A stretch of DNA of 64,000 nucleotides from Paecilomyces variotii (lineage: Eukaryota): NCBI GenBank assembly GCA_004022145.1, contig RCNU01000006.1, one strand, 5' to 3'. This document shows, in pieces, positions 62,340 through 64,000 of this stretch. Under the pieces are notes generated by a model. It was not told the origin of the DNA and made no database searches. It was given only the letters and a program-made list of their open reading frames with translations. How positions within the stretch are numbered: the stretch's first letter is position 1; every line of letters begins with the position of its first letter. The position numbers were made by a program, and so were the translations under genes.

Positions 62340-63110
62340 TATTCCGCGTCCCGTCCCGCGGGCGAGCGTTTTTTTTTTTTTTTTTTGGTTTGAAGTGAAA
62401 ATAAAATTAACAGTAGATAGATAGATAGATAGATAGATAGAATACTAACTAACTAACTAACAGAAAGAAAGAAATCAAAAGAAAAGATACTTTCTTCTCT
62501 CTCCCTATTCTATTCTCCTTCTCTTTTGTCCAGTTGCAGATATTCTGTTATGTTATGTTATGTCCTGTTCTGTTCTGTCTGGTAACTACTAATCCATTAA
62601 TTAGTTTTAGTTAGTTAGTTAATTAGTTAGTTAGTTAATTACTCTTTCTCCATCGTCCCTCGAGCTTGTGCTTGAGCTTGAGAGCTCGATCTTGACCGTC
62701 TAAACGCACGCGTGGAGAGAGAGATATCTAGTGTCATAGCATAATAACTATGACATGCCAGAAGAGTTTGACGTACCGGAATAATCAAAATCGGACTTGA
62801 AGAGATTATACTCTCCATATAATAGGATATTTACTTTATCCTGTCTTTCTTCCTATCTTTTTTTTGCTTTTTACTCGTGAAGTATGATACACCACTTCCC
62901 TTCCCTTCCCTTCCCTTCCCTTTTCTTCCCTTCCCGTGGCTGGCTGGCTGGCTGGGTTACAGTGGCGGCTCCTCTAACTAGTTGCAGATGTTAGTTATGT
63001 TATGTTATCCCCTCACTCTCTCTCTGCCGCGTGACATTCCAGGGTCCTGAGGGGAAGGGAAGGAAGGACGCAGAGACGCACATGCAATGTATGTATGTAT
63101 GTATCTAGTA
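62340..63110. repeat. Microsatellite cluster in a long intergenic region: T-run, (AGAT)n, (CTAA)n/(TTAG)n, (TGTTA)n, (TTCCC)n, (GGCT)n, (TATG)n
   Basis: Tandem short repeats directly visible at about 62368, 62414, 62445, 62546, 62607, 62896, 62937 and 63087. Confidence 0.85.
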
Positions 63111-64000
63111 ATTCCGTAACCTATATACTGTATGTAGTACACAGTTGGGTTGTTTGTCGCAGTATGCATGTATTACCATATGTATAATGTGATGTATTAT
63201 CTATGTACATGTACAGTCATGTCGAATCAAGCAAGTATCGCGGCCTCGAGCTCAAGTTCGAGTCATGGGACTTGCCAGGGCGTTGGCACTAGCAAACTTG
63301 GACCCCCCCGACATGGGCTAAATCGAGTCGAGTGCAGAATTAGAGCTGCTTTCAGTGTACGCCGTGGCAGCATCGTCTATATTTCCTCGTCCATATTTAC
63401 TCGTAGGAATAAACCAAGATGAACACATTTCTGCTCTGCATTAGACAATAATTTGAAGCGACTGTGGTTGCGCAGACGTATACACAGCGATCGTAATCAG
63501 TCCCATCATCCCCGATAGCGCCAAATCGAATGTGACTGTAATGAAATCTGCGCACATGTGCCCGGTCCCCATGTTGAAGTTTGTCGGAACCAAACGCCAA
63601 AGAAAAAGAAGAAAAAAAGCAATAGAAAACGCGTGTTGCTGGGGGAATTAGAAACAGAAAACCTCGTGGGTTCCGGGCAAACGGCGCGAGAGCCATGAAT
63701 GACCGAGGGTGGGCGATCGCGAGAAATCCAGCGTGAAAGCCACTGCAGTCAAGAATCCATACGTCAACAAGCTGATAAATCATCCCCTGCTATCCGAAAG
63801 CCTCAACAACGGTAAGACGGGTGCGGGACACAGCTCAACCAGCAGACGCGACATCCAACGAAAATGAATCCCCGGTCTAGCGAGGGAATAAGAAAGTAAG
63901 GCCAAGATCATGCGCGAGAAGAAACAAACTCCGTCGGAGAACAAAAACAAACGACGCCTCTATGGTCATAACCTGCGCAAAGGCACAAAAACAAGTCGCC

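Noticed and set aside
62445-62640. (CTAA)n/(TTAG)n as telomeric repeats or a CRISPR-like array
   Set aside because: Not TTAGGG and no unique spacers; ordinary microsatellites in a eukaryote.
1-64000. tRNA or rRNA genes
   Set aside because: None recognised by eye; tRNAscan-SE or Infernal would be needed to exclude small RNAs.

Overview
Fungal (filamentous ascomycete, Eurotiales-like) genomic DNA with short GT-AG introns and CTAAC/CTGAC branch sites. Two blocks of conserved genes flank an accessory island. Left block (1-27.2 kb): PDK/BCKDK-family kinase (partial), PLD-superfamily enzyme, TPP-dependent enzyme, Aro8-like aminotransferase, Kic1/Nak1-like Ste20 kinase, EEP-family phosphodiesterase, a conserved hypothetical gene, a small membrane protein, CaM kinase CmkA, UBE2W-like E2. 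Right block (39.3-60.5 kb): Ldh_2 dehydrogenase, DUF3455 secreted protein, SF3B1, TcuA-like flavoprotein, complex I 49 kDa subunit, RPC40, UBA3, TEL2. The ~12 kb island (27.2-39.2 kb) holds decayed genes (zinc-finger-like remnants, a PD-(D/E)xK-like pseudogene, a Ty3/gypsy protease remnant) and two intact tandem paralogues of the OTT_1508-like deaminase family. This pair is the best candidate for an interesting system: possible RNA-editing or defence enzymes resembling the Neurospora OLD/ZAO module. Smaller oddities are an intron-split start codon, two GC-AG introns, 6-nt and 12-nt microexons and a ~670-aa disordered kinase extension. All family calls come from motif recognition by eye; no database searches were run.
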